Positions 49,992 through 62,890 of a DNA stretch of 64,000 bases are shown here, in pieces. The position numbers and the translations under genes were made by a program. Position 1 is the first letter of the stretch. Each line of letters begins with the position of its first letter. Where the stretch lies: NCBI RefSeq assembly GCF_028641065.1, contig NC_073382.1, forward strand, positions 26,474,001 to 26,538,000. The letters run 5' to 3'. Below the pieces are notes generated by a model. That model made no database searches, was not told the DNA's origin, and worked only from the letters and a program-made list of their open reading frames with translations. Source of the DNA: Leucoraja erinacea. Its lineage: Eukaryota.

Positions 49992-50680
49992 TTCTTGGTT
50001 CTTGGTTTCTTGGTCCTCCAAAATATTCCAAATAGAATTTAAACTGGAGGTGGTGAAGGGAAGGCTTAATCCAGAAAGGGTTATTGGGAAGAAAGAGCTA
50101 CTTTAAATGTAGTTGCATCTGGTTGGGTAACTATAGTAGGGTGGAGATTATTCCATGCTTTAATTGTGCGGGGGAAGAACAAATTGCTGTACACATCTGT
50201 CTTTGTAGCTGGGATCACAAATTGGATCAAATACCCTTGTCTGCTCCTAATTGGTTTGGGTTTGGTGTAGGTCTTGTAGTCTATGTCGAGCTGACCATTT
50301 AACATTTTGTAAAAACAGGTCAAACGGTGAGCTTCATGTCTGTCTTGGAGAGGGTTCCACCCCAAAGAATTCAGAAGTTTGGTGACACTCGCTTCTCTCT
50401 CATAGGTGTTAGTAACAAATCGAGCTGCCTGTCTTTGGACACGTTTGATGGAAGAAATGTTATTATTTGTGTATGGGTCCCATGCTGCAACTGTGTAGTC
50501 CAAATGAGGTCTAACGAGGGTGAAGTGTAGCTTCTCCTTGACAGAAGTTGAACAATGATGAAAGTTACGCCTCAAAAAGTTTAGGACACCTGTTGCTTTC
50601 ACCGTTGCATGATGAGTCTGACCATTCTAACGCAGATCATTCTGCAATTTGATGCCAAGATACTTGGTTTGTTTGGTGCC
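49992..50680 (-). mobile_element. 5'-truncated LINE of a CR1/L2-supergroup lineage distinct from the local CR1
   Basis: KYLGI, GVLNFLRRNF, LVRPHLDY...WDPY, RVQRQAARFV, LGWNPLQDR, FFPRTIKAWNNL; short 3' UTR and (CCAAGAA)n tail; 173-aa stretch without stops. Confidence 0.85.
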
Positions 50681-50823
50681 CCAGGAATTGAATAAAATAG
50701 GCATTGAATAGTTACCGGCCAGGAGATCAATCTGCAATCTTATTATTCCCATTTCTTGACACTTCTCCAAAGCCATCCAATTTATATTACTTTCTGTACT
50801 TGTCTAATTAATCAATTTCCCAG

Positions 50824-51446
50824 CCATGGCTAAAAATGGAGAGGCTATGACTTCAAAATGGGGTAAAATCTTCAGGGCTGCTGGGAGATTTGGTCAATTG
50901 GAATTGCTCTCTGCAGAGCTGGGACAAGCTGCGAAGAGGTGCTGGTGTGTCTGGAGTTTAGATACAATTTGCAAGCAGACTTTGCCGAGTTTTGATTGGA
51001 TGAGGCATTGAGCCTTGTCTGGGTTTCCTGTAGATCAGGGTAAATGTTTCTAAGTTGGCTTCCTTACGAAGTCCGTTTTGAATACAACGTATAGAGCTGT
51101 TGTATTATTGTGTTAGGGGAATGTTTGTTAAGTATGGGGTTAATCGATATCTGTAATTGGGTTATTAAGAGACCAACCCCATGTGGTTTGGCCCCTCGAG
51201 GTCCCGGGACATATAAAAGTACGCTACCATGAGGTTCAGCGTCGATCTTCTGGGAGAGCGCTTGGGACTGCTTGAAATTCTGGAGTGTCTCTGCCTGAGC
51301 AAGGCCTAGAGTACTTGAACAGGCAGAAACGAGGTACAGTAGTTGAACCGTAATGTGCTTTTGTTAAAATAAAATTTAGTTGTTTCAAGTGCTTGATTCT
51401 GTGTTTTTACTGAAACTAGAGGAAGCTTAGAAACGAGCAATTTACA
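50824..51446 (+). repeat. 5' LTR (5' terminus eroded, ~115-bp internal deletion)
   Basis: Aligns to 57140-57898; CATATAAAAG TATA near 51210; AATAAA near 51368; ends TTTACA. Confidence 0.88.
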
Positions 51447-51447
51447 T

Positions 51448-51465
51448 TGGGGGCTCGTCCGGGAT
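51448..51465 (+). promoter_or_regulatory. Primer-binding site, tRNA-Pro
   Basis: TGGGGGCTCGTCCGGGAT, the same 18-mer as the MLV tRNA-Pro PBS, one base after the LTR CA. Confidence 0.95.
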
Positions 51466-53420
51466 TTCAAAAGACCTCCAAACATGTTTGGAATCAAGGG
51501 TGTTGAGCTGCTTCGATCGCAAGTGCAGAAATCGGGCTCAAGGTGCAGTTTTAGCATTGATTTTCGGCACTTCGTTAGTCGGTGTAGATCGATCATTCAT
51601 GGGCTTGGGAAAGGGTCTAATCGAGATCATTAGAACAGAGTCTAGCAAGCACGGGGAGTACTTAGCATGGCTTTGTGTTAGGGGCCCATAAAAGCAGGGT
51701 GGGGTTAGAGGCCCTTTTCTGGGTTAGAGGCCCAAAACCTTGGTCGTAGTTGGCAGACTGCAGCTGCTTTAATGAGAGCCAAACGCGCTTCATCGGGCAA
51801 GGGGTGGCCCAGGGTTAGATTTGGTATCCAAATTGGTGGGGTATTAAAATACAGGTCTTGCCTTCAATCGGATCGTTGCCGGGAGCGCAAATTGAAAAGG
51901 TGTGTTCTGAAAATCGGCATCGATAACTCGCAGCGTGAAGCAGCTGGGCACTGGATCCTCAGTGCCCAGCAGAGAGAAGTGTCTGTGTGAAGGTATCTGT
52001 GTCTCTCCCTGAAGTGACAGACGAAGAGCCTCGAGAAGGTACTGGGCTTGGACAGACAGACTATAGATTGGCCGGAATACTCCAGTTCATTCAAGAATTT
52101 AACTGGGCAATTTTAGTTGATTCAAGAGCCCGCGTAGTAGAAGAGATACGCACTAAAATTAGGAGATCGAGTTCGAGTCTATAGTTGCAAAGCCAAATTT
52201 TCAAATAATGAATTTCATATTGGAATTCTGCCATTAAGGTGGAATTCGAATTCCTGTGTTTAGAACTTCGAAGTTGGTGCATGTCCGTGATCGATTACGA
52301 ATAGTGGCTGATCAACAGTGAATAGTAACCCTCTGGTCGATTGTTGATTAGTATCTGATAGCGAAGAGTACCTGAGAGACGGGAGCCTCCTTACTTGACG
52401 AAAAGTAATCCGAATAGCGAAGGGTACCCTTAATTCTGTCGAATTTAGAGAGGAGCGATAGAGGTCCCCCTTTAGAAGTCCAGTCTTGGCAGAGGGATAG
52501 TAACATTCGGGGGGGGGAGTAATTATTTAAGGAATAGTACCCCTCAGCAAAGAGTAAACTAGGAAGGGGAAAATCTTCGGTATCTGAGGGAGAGGTTCAC
52601 TGATAACAGCGTGACGCGGCGTTGAGATCGAGTGGTCATGAATTGTGCGCTAGTGCTTTAAATCATATTGTAAATTGTAAAAATCTAGCTTTTCGTATTG
52701 TCATAGGGTCAGGATTTTGTAAATATTCTGTGCATGTAAATAAACTTAGAGTATATTAAGAATTAAAAGTTATGATTTAGATCGTGTTAAATCCGCGGAC
52801 TGTCATTTGTGTTGCTGCTTGAGCGAGTGTTTACGGATTTAGAAACTTGAAGTAAGAGTGTGTTTAAGTTAGATATTTGTAATTGTTTAAGATTGTTTTG
52901 TAAGAATCTGAATCGGGGTGGTTCGATCATGGGTTGTACTCCTTCGACCCCTGCATTTGGGGAGGAGTCATCACGCTGATTGATTGCGCCACAAGGAAGA
53001 TTAATTAGAGGTGGGTGTACAGGATCATTATAGTTTATATTGGGGTGTGTTTTGGGTTATTGATAATCGGGGGAATATTTTTGTTCTTATTTATAGTTCT
53101 GTTAGCTTGGTTTGGGTTTGTCTGGCTGTGCAAACTTAAAGTGAATTGAGTGAGAGAGAGATTGCTGTGTGAGAGACTGCTAGTGGGACTTAGACTTGGA
53201 TTGAGATCCTTTGTTTGAAAGTTTGAATAATTGAATAGGAGTGACTGTGAGACAGTTGAAAGGAAGCGATTGCTAGAGTAAGTGTGAATCGGAAAGACCG
53301 TTGACCATTGTGTGGGAGAGATTCCATTGACCTTGGAGTCTGAGAGGAGGAGTGATTGAAAGAGGTGCTAGTGTCTGGAACCTTTATTTTGTAATTTGTG
53401 TTTTGACCATTGTTCCGAGA

Positions 53421-54870
53421 ATGGGGAATGTCTTTGAGAAGGATCGATCGAACCGTTTAGAAAGCCCGATAAGGATAATTTGAGGGGAGCTTCCAAATGA
53501 AGCAGATAGACCTGGAGGATTATCGGGGAAATTAAATGCAATTTTGAAAGACAAACTTTGGCCGTTGGGGGGACTAAAATCTTTAATAGGGATAAACTAT
53601 AAAGAGACGATCGTTAAAAAATATGGGAATAGTGAGGAAGTAAACAAGTTAATTGGGATGTGCAGGATATTCTTCACTAAAAGAAAAATAAACAAATAAA
53701 TAGTTTTGCTGTCCACCCTAAGAATGGCGGCTTGTAAATTGGGAATAGGAGAAAACGATAGAAATGTCTCAGGATATTTCAGAGTGGGGACAGGGAGAAT
53801 TAGTAAGCCAACAGCAGGAGCAGGAGAGAGTGTCATCTTTTCAAAGGGAGACTACTGAGACAGCACTTAAAGCGGAGGTGCCAACGAAGACTAAATCAGA
53901 TAAATTTGGTAAGAGTGAACCAGGGTCTGCACATCTTGAAGGGAGATATATTTATTATATGCCAGGGTGTGCAGAATTCTTCGGAGTGGAGCTAGAGCCA
54001 CAGTATTCCTCACCAAACACTCATGTTCTCAATTCGGAGAAACCATGCGCTGCCTGCGAGCAGGGCACATGGGAGGAGTCAGCGTTATCTTCGGCTCCTC
54101 CCCCTAAATTTAAATCTGAAATAGAGACATCGGGGAGAGATCTCTATCTCCTATGATTGCCCCACATGTGGAGGACAGTAGGGGTAATCAAGGAGCTAGA
54201 AGGAAGAATCCATCGACATGGGTACTGAAATTAATTAGGGATTCCAGTAGCAAGAGGATGAAAGAATCCTTCTTGAAGTACTGGGATAAAACAAATAGCC
54301 TTTCAGGGGGTGAGATAGGGGGAGAATGTAGATGGATTGATTTGGACATGGATAATATTATTATGTCAGAGCAATTCACGACGGAAGGGGATTTAGTAAG
54401 TAGACAATGTGTTTTTGTAGGGAGATGCCCTAATTTGGTATCAAATGTTTCCCAGACCACAGACAGTCAGACATCAAGGCAGCCTGGTTCAACGGCAGCC
54501 CGGAAATTAGAGGTTCAAATAAAATAAATAAGAACAAATGAGGAAAAGGAGGAAGAAGACCTCAAGGCCTGGATAGACCTCCCATTCAAAGAACCGACCT
54601 TTCCTCAGTTTGGCTGGTGAAGTTATAGAGCGCTCCGGCCTGATCAGTGTTACAGTTGTGGGGGATTGAGATACCTGAGTCAGTCGTTTCCTATGAGAGA
54701 ATATTATCAGGAAGGAAGGGGGCAGAGAAGGAGGCCATGGGATCACAAAAAGCGATGGATTCCAAGAGGGTACCGAGACTCTTGGAACCCCGAAGGTAGA
54801 GGACGAAAACACTGGCAGGGAGATCAGGGGGCAGGGACGTTCCAACAATCCAACCCATTTCGGTAGCCCT
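53421..54870 (+). pseudogene. gag: Disrupted gag-like region
   Basis: MGNVFEK...ESPIRII*GELPNE...KLWPLGG (Gly2 and a WPxxG matrix-like motif), later SAPPP and an Arg/Gly-rich segment (54666-54866); stops and frameshifts. Confidence 0.55.
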
Positions 54871-57115
54871 AACCTGCAATACCATCTATTAAAATTAAAG
54901 GCAGCCTCACTTGGCCTGAGAAACAGCATTATACATTAAAAAGAACACCACCCCTTCCAAGTAGGAGGAGATACATAGAATCCGACTCTCATAGAAACCT
55001 TCACTAAAAGGAAGAAACACGACAGGGAAACATAATAGCTAGCATGAGAAGGGATGGCAACTAAGGAATGGAAATGCCACTAGGGCGAGAAGAAACAAAC
55101 TTACCGTGCAGGAGGAATGGGAGTGGGGAAAGAAGATATTAAATTAATATGTTGCTGAGTTTGTGCCTGCAGGACAGTATATCGACGAGAGACTATCTGG
55201 GGAGTGAGGTAAAAGGATGCACAGACCCTTTAAGAATGGGAAGAAGACAGCAAAAGGTAATGTTGCTCCCCAGAAACAGGTGACCAGCAGGAAGAATTGA
55301 TACTGTCCTGCCCCTTTAAGACATTTGGGAGGGCCAGCAGGCAGAGCAATATGCTCCGCAGTATCCCCACTCCCTAGTAATTAAAAACTACCATCAGAAA
55401 GGAAGAAGAAAAAGACCTACCCAAGTGCCCAACTTTAATATCACCTAGCTATTGGTGAAAGAAAAGGAAGGAGAATAAAGGACATTTTAATCATCTTTGA
55501 AAGAAACAACACAGATGACTTTTGACGACTTCTAGGACAAGCCTCACTTTAAATAAAAAAACATTCCTCTGTGGTTTGGAGTAAAATACCTGAATTGTGT
55601 CTAAATTATGGGTATTAGAAATAAATTTAGACATTTCGGATTTGGTCTCGAAATTGTATGATGATGAATAGGAGGGACTTTAAACATATTTGAGATTTGG
55701 AATAGACTTGCGGAATCTGACTAAGGAATAATTGGAGTTTGATTATTAACTGACACTGTTATTATCTCGTCCTCAGAAAAGCAGACAAAGGTGGAAAGGA
55801 TTGTTTAAAGGGCATCAAGAAGGATGGAACTTGGGAAGATCTGGTAACGTGGAATTACTTGGGGAATATGAGAGTTAGAATTTGAATTGGGATTAAAACT
55901 GGAATTAAAATTGAAAATTAAAATGGGAATTGACATTGAAATTGGAGTGGAAGTGAAAATGGTGAAAAGAGGAACTATGAGCAGCAGGGCTACCCTTTAA
56001 GAAACCGGACTAAGGAATTATTCAGTCGTTAAGAACGAGTACAAGTAAGAACCCCTAAACAAAGAATGAAGCCAATAGAATAAAAGCGAGAACCCCAGAC
56101 AGAGAACGAAGCCAACATAGTTAAAAGCTAATAGAATAAAGAACCAACATAGTAGAGAATCAACATAGTAACGAGTTACCATAGTGAGGAGTGCATACAT
56201 AAATAGGAAGAGGTACTGAAGGAAAGACTTGGTAAACTGTAGGGATAAACATGAATTGTATTGAGAATAGCAGAGCCGATGCATATTTGCCCAATGGATT
56301 TGAATTGTTTAACCCTTGATGGTAAAGTGGCTTCTATTATCAAGGTGGAAAGAAATTGTCCCTGGATTTGGCATTCTTGATTGGATTTAGGATAAAATTG
56401 ATAATATTGGAAATTGATTGTTTAAATTTGAACAGCTGGGAATTCCACAGGAATTTGGAATGGAATTGTATTATCGGCTACAATGCTGTGGAATGCGAAG
56501 GATGAGATGGGCATTGAAATTTGAAACAGTAAATTGAAGGCTGAGACTGAATTTGGTTAAATTGGAACACATATCATGGTTTGCTTTAAATTTAAGTCAT
56601 GCATGTAGGGAAATCTGGACAGAACCCAGCTGAAATTGATATGATCACCTGTCATCGGATATACATATTATAAGGTCGTGTGAGTATGAAGAAGGCTAAT
56701 TAGGGACGATCCTAGAATAATTAAGAGTATATTAGGGAACAGAATAAGAATAGGGAATGTAATAGGTTTGAATAGGGATAGTATTGCGAATGTGTGGGAA
56801 AGCATGAGTGCATGATGGTAACTTGCTTAGCCCCAAGTTTAATGTCTAGGTTTTAGGTTCAATTGAGGAAGGTGATGGAAGACTGGGCAGTAACACGGAT
56901 GGAGGAGATTCGTGCCCACAAAAACTCGGGAGGTGAAGACTCCTCAGACAGAACTTGTGAAGTTATGCCCATGAAAACTCGGGGCGCTTGACAAGATTCT
57001 GGGAAGAAACATCATCATCTTGTGTTGCTAGATGGAAAATATAAAGCACACAAGTATATCTGGTTAGCTGATTGAGCCATTTTAGTTATCATAAATGATG
57101 TGTTATCATATATGA

Positions 57116-57129
57116 TAAAAAGGAAGGAA
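57116..57129 (+). promoter_or_regulatory. Polypurine tract
   Basis: AAAAAGGAAGGAA immediately before the TGTTAC start of the 3' LTR. Confidence 0.8.
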
Positions 57130-57898
57130 TGTTACTCCTGGCTAAATTGGAGAGGCTGGGAGTAAAATGGAGTAAAAGCTTCAGGGCTGCTGGGAGATTT
57201 GGTCAATTGGAATTGCTCTCTGTAGAGCTGGGGCAAGCTGCGAAGAGGTGCCAGTGTGTCTGGAGCTTAGATACAATTTGCAAGCAAAGAATGAGAACAT
57301 CTGCCAGCCCTGCTAATTAGGTGCAAAATGCATAGAATGGATTACATGGCTGCAAACCAGACATACACCTTGTAAATAATTGTAAATAATGTTGCAGAGT
57401 TCAACTTTGCTGAGTGTTGATTGGATGAGGTATTGAGCCCCGTCTGGGTTTCCGGTAGATCAGTGTAAATGTTTCTAAGTTGTCTTCCTTATGAAGTCCG
57501 TTTTGAATACAATGTATTGAGCTGTTGCATTATTGGGTTAGGGGATTGTCTGTTCTGTATGGGGTTAATTGATATCTGTAATTGGGTTATTAAGAGACCA
57601 CCCCTGTGGTTCGGCCCCTCGAGGTCCCAGGCCATATAAAAGTCCGCTACCACAAGGTTCAGAGTTGATCTTCTGGGAGAGTGCTTGGGACTGCGTGAAC
57701 GTCTGGAGTGTCTCTGTCTGAGCGAGGCCTAGAGGGCTTGAACAGGCAGACACGAGGATCAAACCCGCAGTGGGATAGGTGCAATAATTGAACTGTAATG
57801 CGCTTTTGTTAAAATAAAATTTAGTTGTTTCAAGTGCTTGATTCAATATTTTTTACTGAAACGAGTCTGGGGGGAAGCTTAGAAATGAACAATTTACA
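57130..57898 (+). repeat. 3' LTR (769 bp)
   Basis: TGTTAC...TTTACA termini, TATA (CATATAAAAG) near 57633, AATAAA near 57813. Confidence 0.92.
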
Positions 57899-58891
57899 AG
57901 ATGTGGTGGCTGTCAGTTGATCAATTACTTTAAACTTTAAGCAACTTAACAAAGACGGGGCTGTGAGATTTTTGGACTAATCCAACACAGAAAACCTCAT
58001 TGGTTTATTGTCATCCTCATTGGAGACCATCAGACTATCTTTGATCGGACTTTACTGGAGTTTATCGTGCACTAAATGATACGATATGATTGGATAGAGC
58101 TTTACTCCCAGGAGAGAAATTGCTCTGCCAACAGTCATAAAACATAACAAGATACATGAAACATGAAATTAAAGTGACGAGTGGGAAGTCCAGGATTGGG
58201 TTTGTGCAAATATTGAGGGAAAGGTTGGTGGGGGGGTTTGAGGGGAGTCAGTCTACCCCTTTGAGGTGTTGTATAGTTTGATAACCACAGGGAAAAATAA
58301 TCTCCTGTGGTGTTCGGTGTTGCATCTTGGTGGTACCAGTCTGTTGCTGAAGGTGCTCCTCAGGTTGACCAGTGTGTTATCACTGTTTAAACGTGATTCA
58401 CATTATTCCCTTCATTGTATATCTGTATAGTATGAATGGCTCAATTGTAATCGTGTATTGTCTTTCCGCTGATTGGTTAGCACGCAACCAAAGGTTTTCA
58501 CCGTACCTCGGTACAAGTGACAATAAACTAAACTCAAAAAATAATCGTGCGGTCTTGGAAACTTGAATCCAAAACATATAGAAGAATTTAAGCGGTCATC
58601 ATTATTCAGCCAAATGTTAAACTGAATATAAGTGAGAAATTCATCCTCTGTCACCCGCACTATAATGGCAGCTGTGCATCATTCCCCACTTCTGAAATTC
58701 TGTTGACTTTTATGAATCCAATTTCTTTTTTAAGCAAAGCCTGACAAGATGCTTCTACCATGTTGTATTTTTAACATAAGAAATGTCGACTGGTCAGAGT
58801 GGAAGTTTGTTCGAACAAGATATCAGTATGATTAACATAAAGGCTATGGGTTATAAGGCCATCAGCATGGAAACAAGCCATTCAGCCCATG

Positions 58892-59186
58892 GTTTAGTTT
58901 AGTTTAGAGATACAGTGTGGAAATAGGCCCTTTGGCCCACCATGTCCTGGCCAACCAGCGATTCCTGCGCACTAGCACTATCTTGCATACTCGGGACAAT
59001 TTATAATTTTACTGAAGCCAATTAACCTACAAACCTGCACATCTTTGTAATGTGGGAGGGAACTGGAGCACCTGGAGAAAATCCACACAGAACGTACAAA
59101 TTCCATACAGATAGCACTCATAGTCACGATTGAACCCGGGTCCCTGGTACAGTAAGGCAGCAACTCTACCACTGCGCCACCTTGCC
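58892..59186 (-). mobile_element. tRNA-derived SINE (HE1-like)
   Basis: (TTTAG)n tail and reverse of GGGCAAGGTGGCGCAGTGGTAGAG head. Confidence 0.85.
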
Positions 59187-60086
59187 CTATTAAACAAATC
59201 ATCCATTGTTTGTCCTGAACAATCTTAATATGCAACAGTAGGCTGTATATTCCAAGTACTCGTCACTCTGTGGGTGCAATGGAACGCCTTAGCTCTCCTC
59301 TCCTCCTTTACCCTATATCTATGCTGTGAAAGGTTTTGTTCGGCAGCTTCAAATATAAAGGTAAGTTTGGTGTTTTTCCACCACTGCAAGCTGTTATCAA
59401 CCCAGAATCATCCCACACCAAGTATTTATCATTCCTGCTTGTTCTAGGACATTGGTCTTCTCTGAGTCAAATTCTTGTGTCATATGTGGAGTTGGTGGGT
59501 TGGGGCAGTAGCAGGAGCCAGGTCGCCTAACTAATTAGATTGAGTGCACACAGTTGTTTTGGGGCTCAAGCTAACGGCCTGTATGTATGCATACACACAT
59601 AACTAAGCACGCATGAATAAACAGACAAATGTGTGCACGCATTATTAAAAATACATATTAGTCCAGATTGGTGCAGAATTATGGCCAGATTACACATTAT
59701 AACTGTTAACATTATTCATTGTACATTTATTTGTTGTGTTAGTGTACCTGTAAAGCTGCAGTAAGTAAAAATGTAATTGTTCTATTCCCAATACAAATGA
59801 CCATTAAACAGTCTTGACTTGAAATATATTTGTGTAACGATGATCTTATAAACATGATAAAGATTGCTAGCAACATAAAGTCTGTTGAACAACTCAACAA
59901 CAGTACATATGTAAACACCTTCTTGACCTGATCCATGAAAAAATAAGTGATAAAACCACTTATAAAAGGGGCCTCCAGAGAAAATGTCACACCATTCCAA
60001 CCAGCATGAGAAGCTACTAATGCCACCGCTAAAACCAATTTCTCCTCAAAAAGTTGGGTTGAGTGACTTTGGGTGATTCTGCACAC

Positions 60087-60356
60087 TTTAGAGATACAGT
60101 GTGCAAACAGGCCCTTTGGCCCACCAAGTCCACGCCGACCAGTGATCACTCCAAACACTAACACGCAAGGGACAATTTTACAATTTCCGAAGCCAATGAA
60201 CCTACAAATCTGTACATCTTTGGAGTGTGGGAGGAAACCCAGGTGGTCACAGGGAGAGCGTACAAACTCCATACAGACAACACACATAGTCAGGATCGAA
60301 CCGGAGTTTCTGGCACTGTAAGCGACAAATCTACCACTGCGCCACAGTGCCGCCCC
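60087..60356 (-). mobile_element. tRNA-derived SINE (HE1-like)
   Basis: Reverse of GGGCGGCACTGTGGCGCAGTGG head and GGTTCGATCC B box. Confidence 0.85.
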
Positions 60357-61574
60357 CCAAGTGGAGAGACATGAAGGATCGACACAAATGCTGCTAGTTT
60401 TGCAGAGTTCCTTTAGTAGATTGTTGTTTACTCTGGCATCCAGCATCTATAGTCTCTTGTGTTTCTGTTTCTAATGATGTTGTGTCACTAATATCCTTGA
60501 GATATGGGAAAATAAGTTAGCAGTGAATGTTCACTTGGAAAACATTGTGCATTGCAAGGTCCTCCCAAGGACAAATATAAACTGCAAAACTTAGCAAGAG
60601 TGGTTATTTCATGCTATAAATGACTTCACTGAGTTGAAAAAAGAGGATGAAATATGTTAAAATGATAATTGAGTGACAGACGCTAAGATCTTTTTTTGTG
60701 TAGTTTATATGAAGAAAAGCCGAAGTGAAATAGGTCATCCCCATAGTTTTGAAATCCTGTAAAAGAATTTGTTAGATTAAGACAAGAAAAATATCCTGGA
60801 AATGCTGGAAATCTGCAATGAAGATATCTAGAAGTACTCACCAGACCAGGCAGCATCTGTGGAGAGAAAAATAGAACATATGCTTCAGGTTGATGGCTTT
60901 TCATCAGAAACCTCATTGACCTGAAATATTAATGCTCTTTCTTTATCTACACATGCAAACTGAGCCCTCAAGAGCTTCCAGTATTATAGCTTTTATTATA
61001 GTAGACGGAGATAATGTACTTTTAATTTCAACATTGAAGAAGAAAAATGCTAAAGGCAGCACATGGCTGATTTAGGAAGAACATGTGTGAAATTATGGTG
61101 TCATTAAAATAAATCAAAATAAGGACAATTACAGCACTTGGAGGACGTGCTGAGATTGTACAAGCTAATCGGTATTATCATTTTGTTCAGGACTGTCAGC
61201 AGCCTCAGTTGTGGGCGAGTGGAAGACAGTTTTAACATTTGATGTCAGAGACAAAAACAAATTGCCAGGCCAGCACTCCAGAACAGATGAAGTATTTAGA
61301 CATGGGAGCAATGTCTTTTGAGTGGGATGTTAAATCAGGGCCCCATCTGATCTCCTAGGCAGATTAAAAAGTTTTCAAGGCATGACTTCCATGATATTCA
61401 GTACTACATGATACCACTTAGAAACTTGCAACAGTAGCTAATTGCTCTCTGTACATTGTTGGTGCATGAATATAGGACAGAACATTTCAGAGATTTACTG
61501 TCTGCTTATGTGGAAAGTAACCTGCCTGTTCAGTAGTAGATAGATTCTGCTTGTCTCTCGCTGAATCATTCTCA

Positions 61575-62890
61575 TGGAGTGGTACAGTATGGAAACAGGC
61601 CCTTCGACCCATCTTACCCATGCCAACCAAGATGTCCCATCTACAGTAGTCCCACATGCTCGCTTTTGGCCTATATGCCACTAAACCTTTCCTATCCATA
61701 TGCTTGTTCAAATGTCTTTGAGATGTTATTAAAGTACCTGCCCCAACTACCCCCTCTGGCAGCTCCTGCCAAATACCTATCACCCTCTTTGAGAAAAAGT
61801 TGTTCGTCAGCGTCCCTATTAAATCTGTCCCCACTCACCTTAAACCAATTCTTGATTCCCCATCTCTGGATAAACGACTTTCTGCATTAACCATATCTAT
61901 TCCCCTCATGATTTCATAAACCTTTATATCACCCCTCATCCTCCTGCACTCCAAGAAATAGTCCTGGCCTGCCCTACCTCTCCCCATAGATAAGGCCTTC
62001 AAATCCTGATAACATCATCCTAAATCTTTTCTGCACTCATTCAGGCTTGACAACAACAATTAGCCAAGCTACTACCTGTGAGCCACACCACAAGTAGGGG
62101 AATCAAGAACCCGAGGATATCAACTTAAGGTGAGGGGGGAAAGATGTAATATGAACCTGAGGGGTAACTTATGCACACAAATGGTGGTGGGTGTATGGAA
62201 TGAACTGCCAGAGGAGGTAGTTGAGGCTGGTATATTTAAGAAACATTTAGGTACATGGATAGGAGGGATATGGGCCAAATACGGGTAGGTGGGACTATAG
62301 ATGGGACATGTTGGCCAGTGTGGGCAAGTTGGGTCGAAGGGCCTGTTTCCATGCTGTAAGACTCTATGACTCTAAGTCACAAGCCTCGTGTCTGATAAAT
62401 AACTTTCCACTATTACCCTCTGCTTCCTTTCATGAAGCCAATTTTCCATGGATCCCATGCTATCTAACCTTTCAGAGCAGCCTACAACACGGAACCCAAT
62501 CACAAATCCTGCTGAAATTCACGTAGACAACATCTATGGCTCTACTCTCGTCAACCTTTTTGGTTACATCTTCAAAAAACTTAGATTCAGGAGACACCAT
62601 CTCCCAGGTACAAAACCATGCTGACCTAATCATCCCTAATCAGCCCCTCTCTATTCAAATGCATATATTTCTTATCTCACAGAATACTCTGCAGCAACTT
62701 GCCTGCCACAGATGTTGGGCTCACTAGTCTACAGTTCCTAGGCTTTCCCTTGCAGTCCTTCTTAAATAGAGGCACAACATTAGCCCTCCAGATTGCCGGC
62801 ACCTCACCCATATCAAATGATGATTCATATATTACAGCCAGGGTGCCTGCAAATTTTACTCTCACTTCCCACAGTGTATTTGGATATGTG
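61575..62890. mobile_element. Cluster of CR1-like LINE fragments (minus 61575-62060, plus 62095-62375, minus 62390-62890)
   Basis: RVIGIWQELPEGVV; WRANVVPLFKK...NCRLVSPTSVAGKLLQSIL. Confidence 0.75.

Larger units (their letters stand above)
50824..57898 (+). mobile_element. Degenerate endogenous retrovirus (gamma/epsilon-like), apparently non-autonomous
   Basis: Two homologous LTRs, tRNA-Pro PBS right after the 5' LTR, PPT right before the 3' LTR, gag-like remnant; no PR/RT/IN/env motifs recognised. Confidence 0.88.

Noticed and set aside
56320-56390. IIKVERNCPWIWHS, faintly like a retroviral integrase C-terminal KV..WIH motif
   Set aside because: Too short, followed by a stop, with no upstream GPY/F or DDE context
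59739-60446. 235-aa minus-strand ORF
   Set aside because: Largely a SINE plus AT-rich flank, no domain motifs
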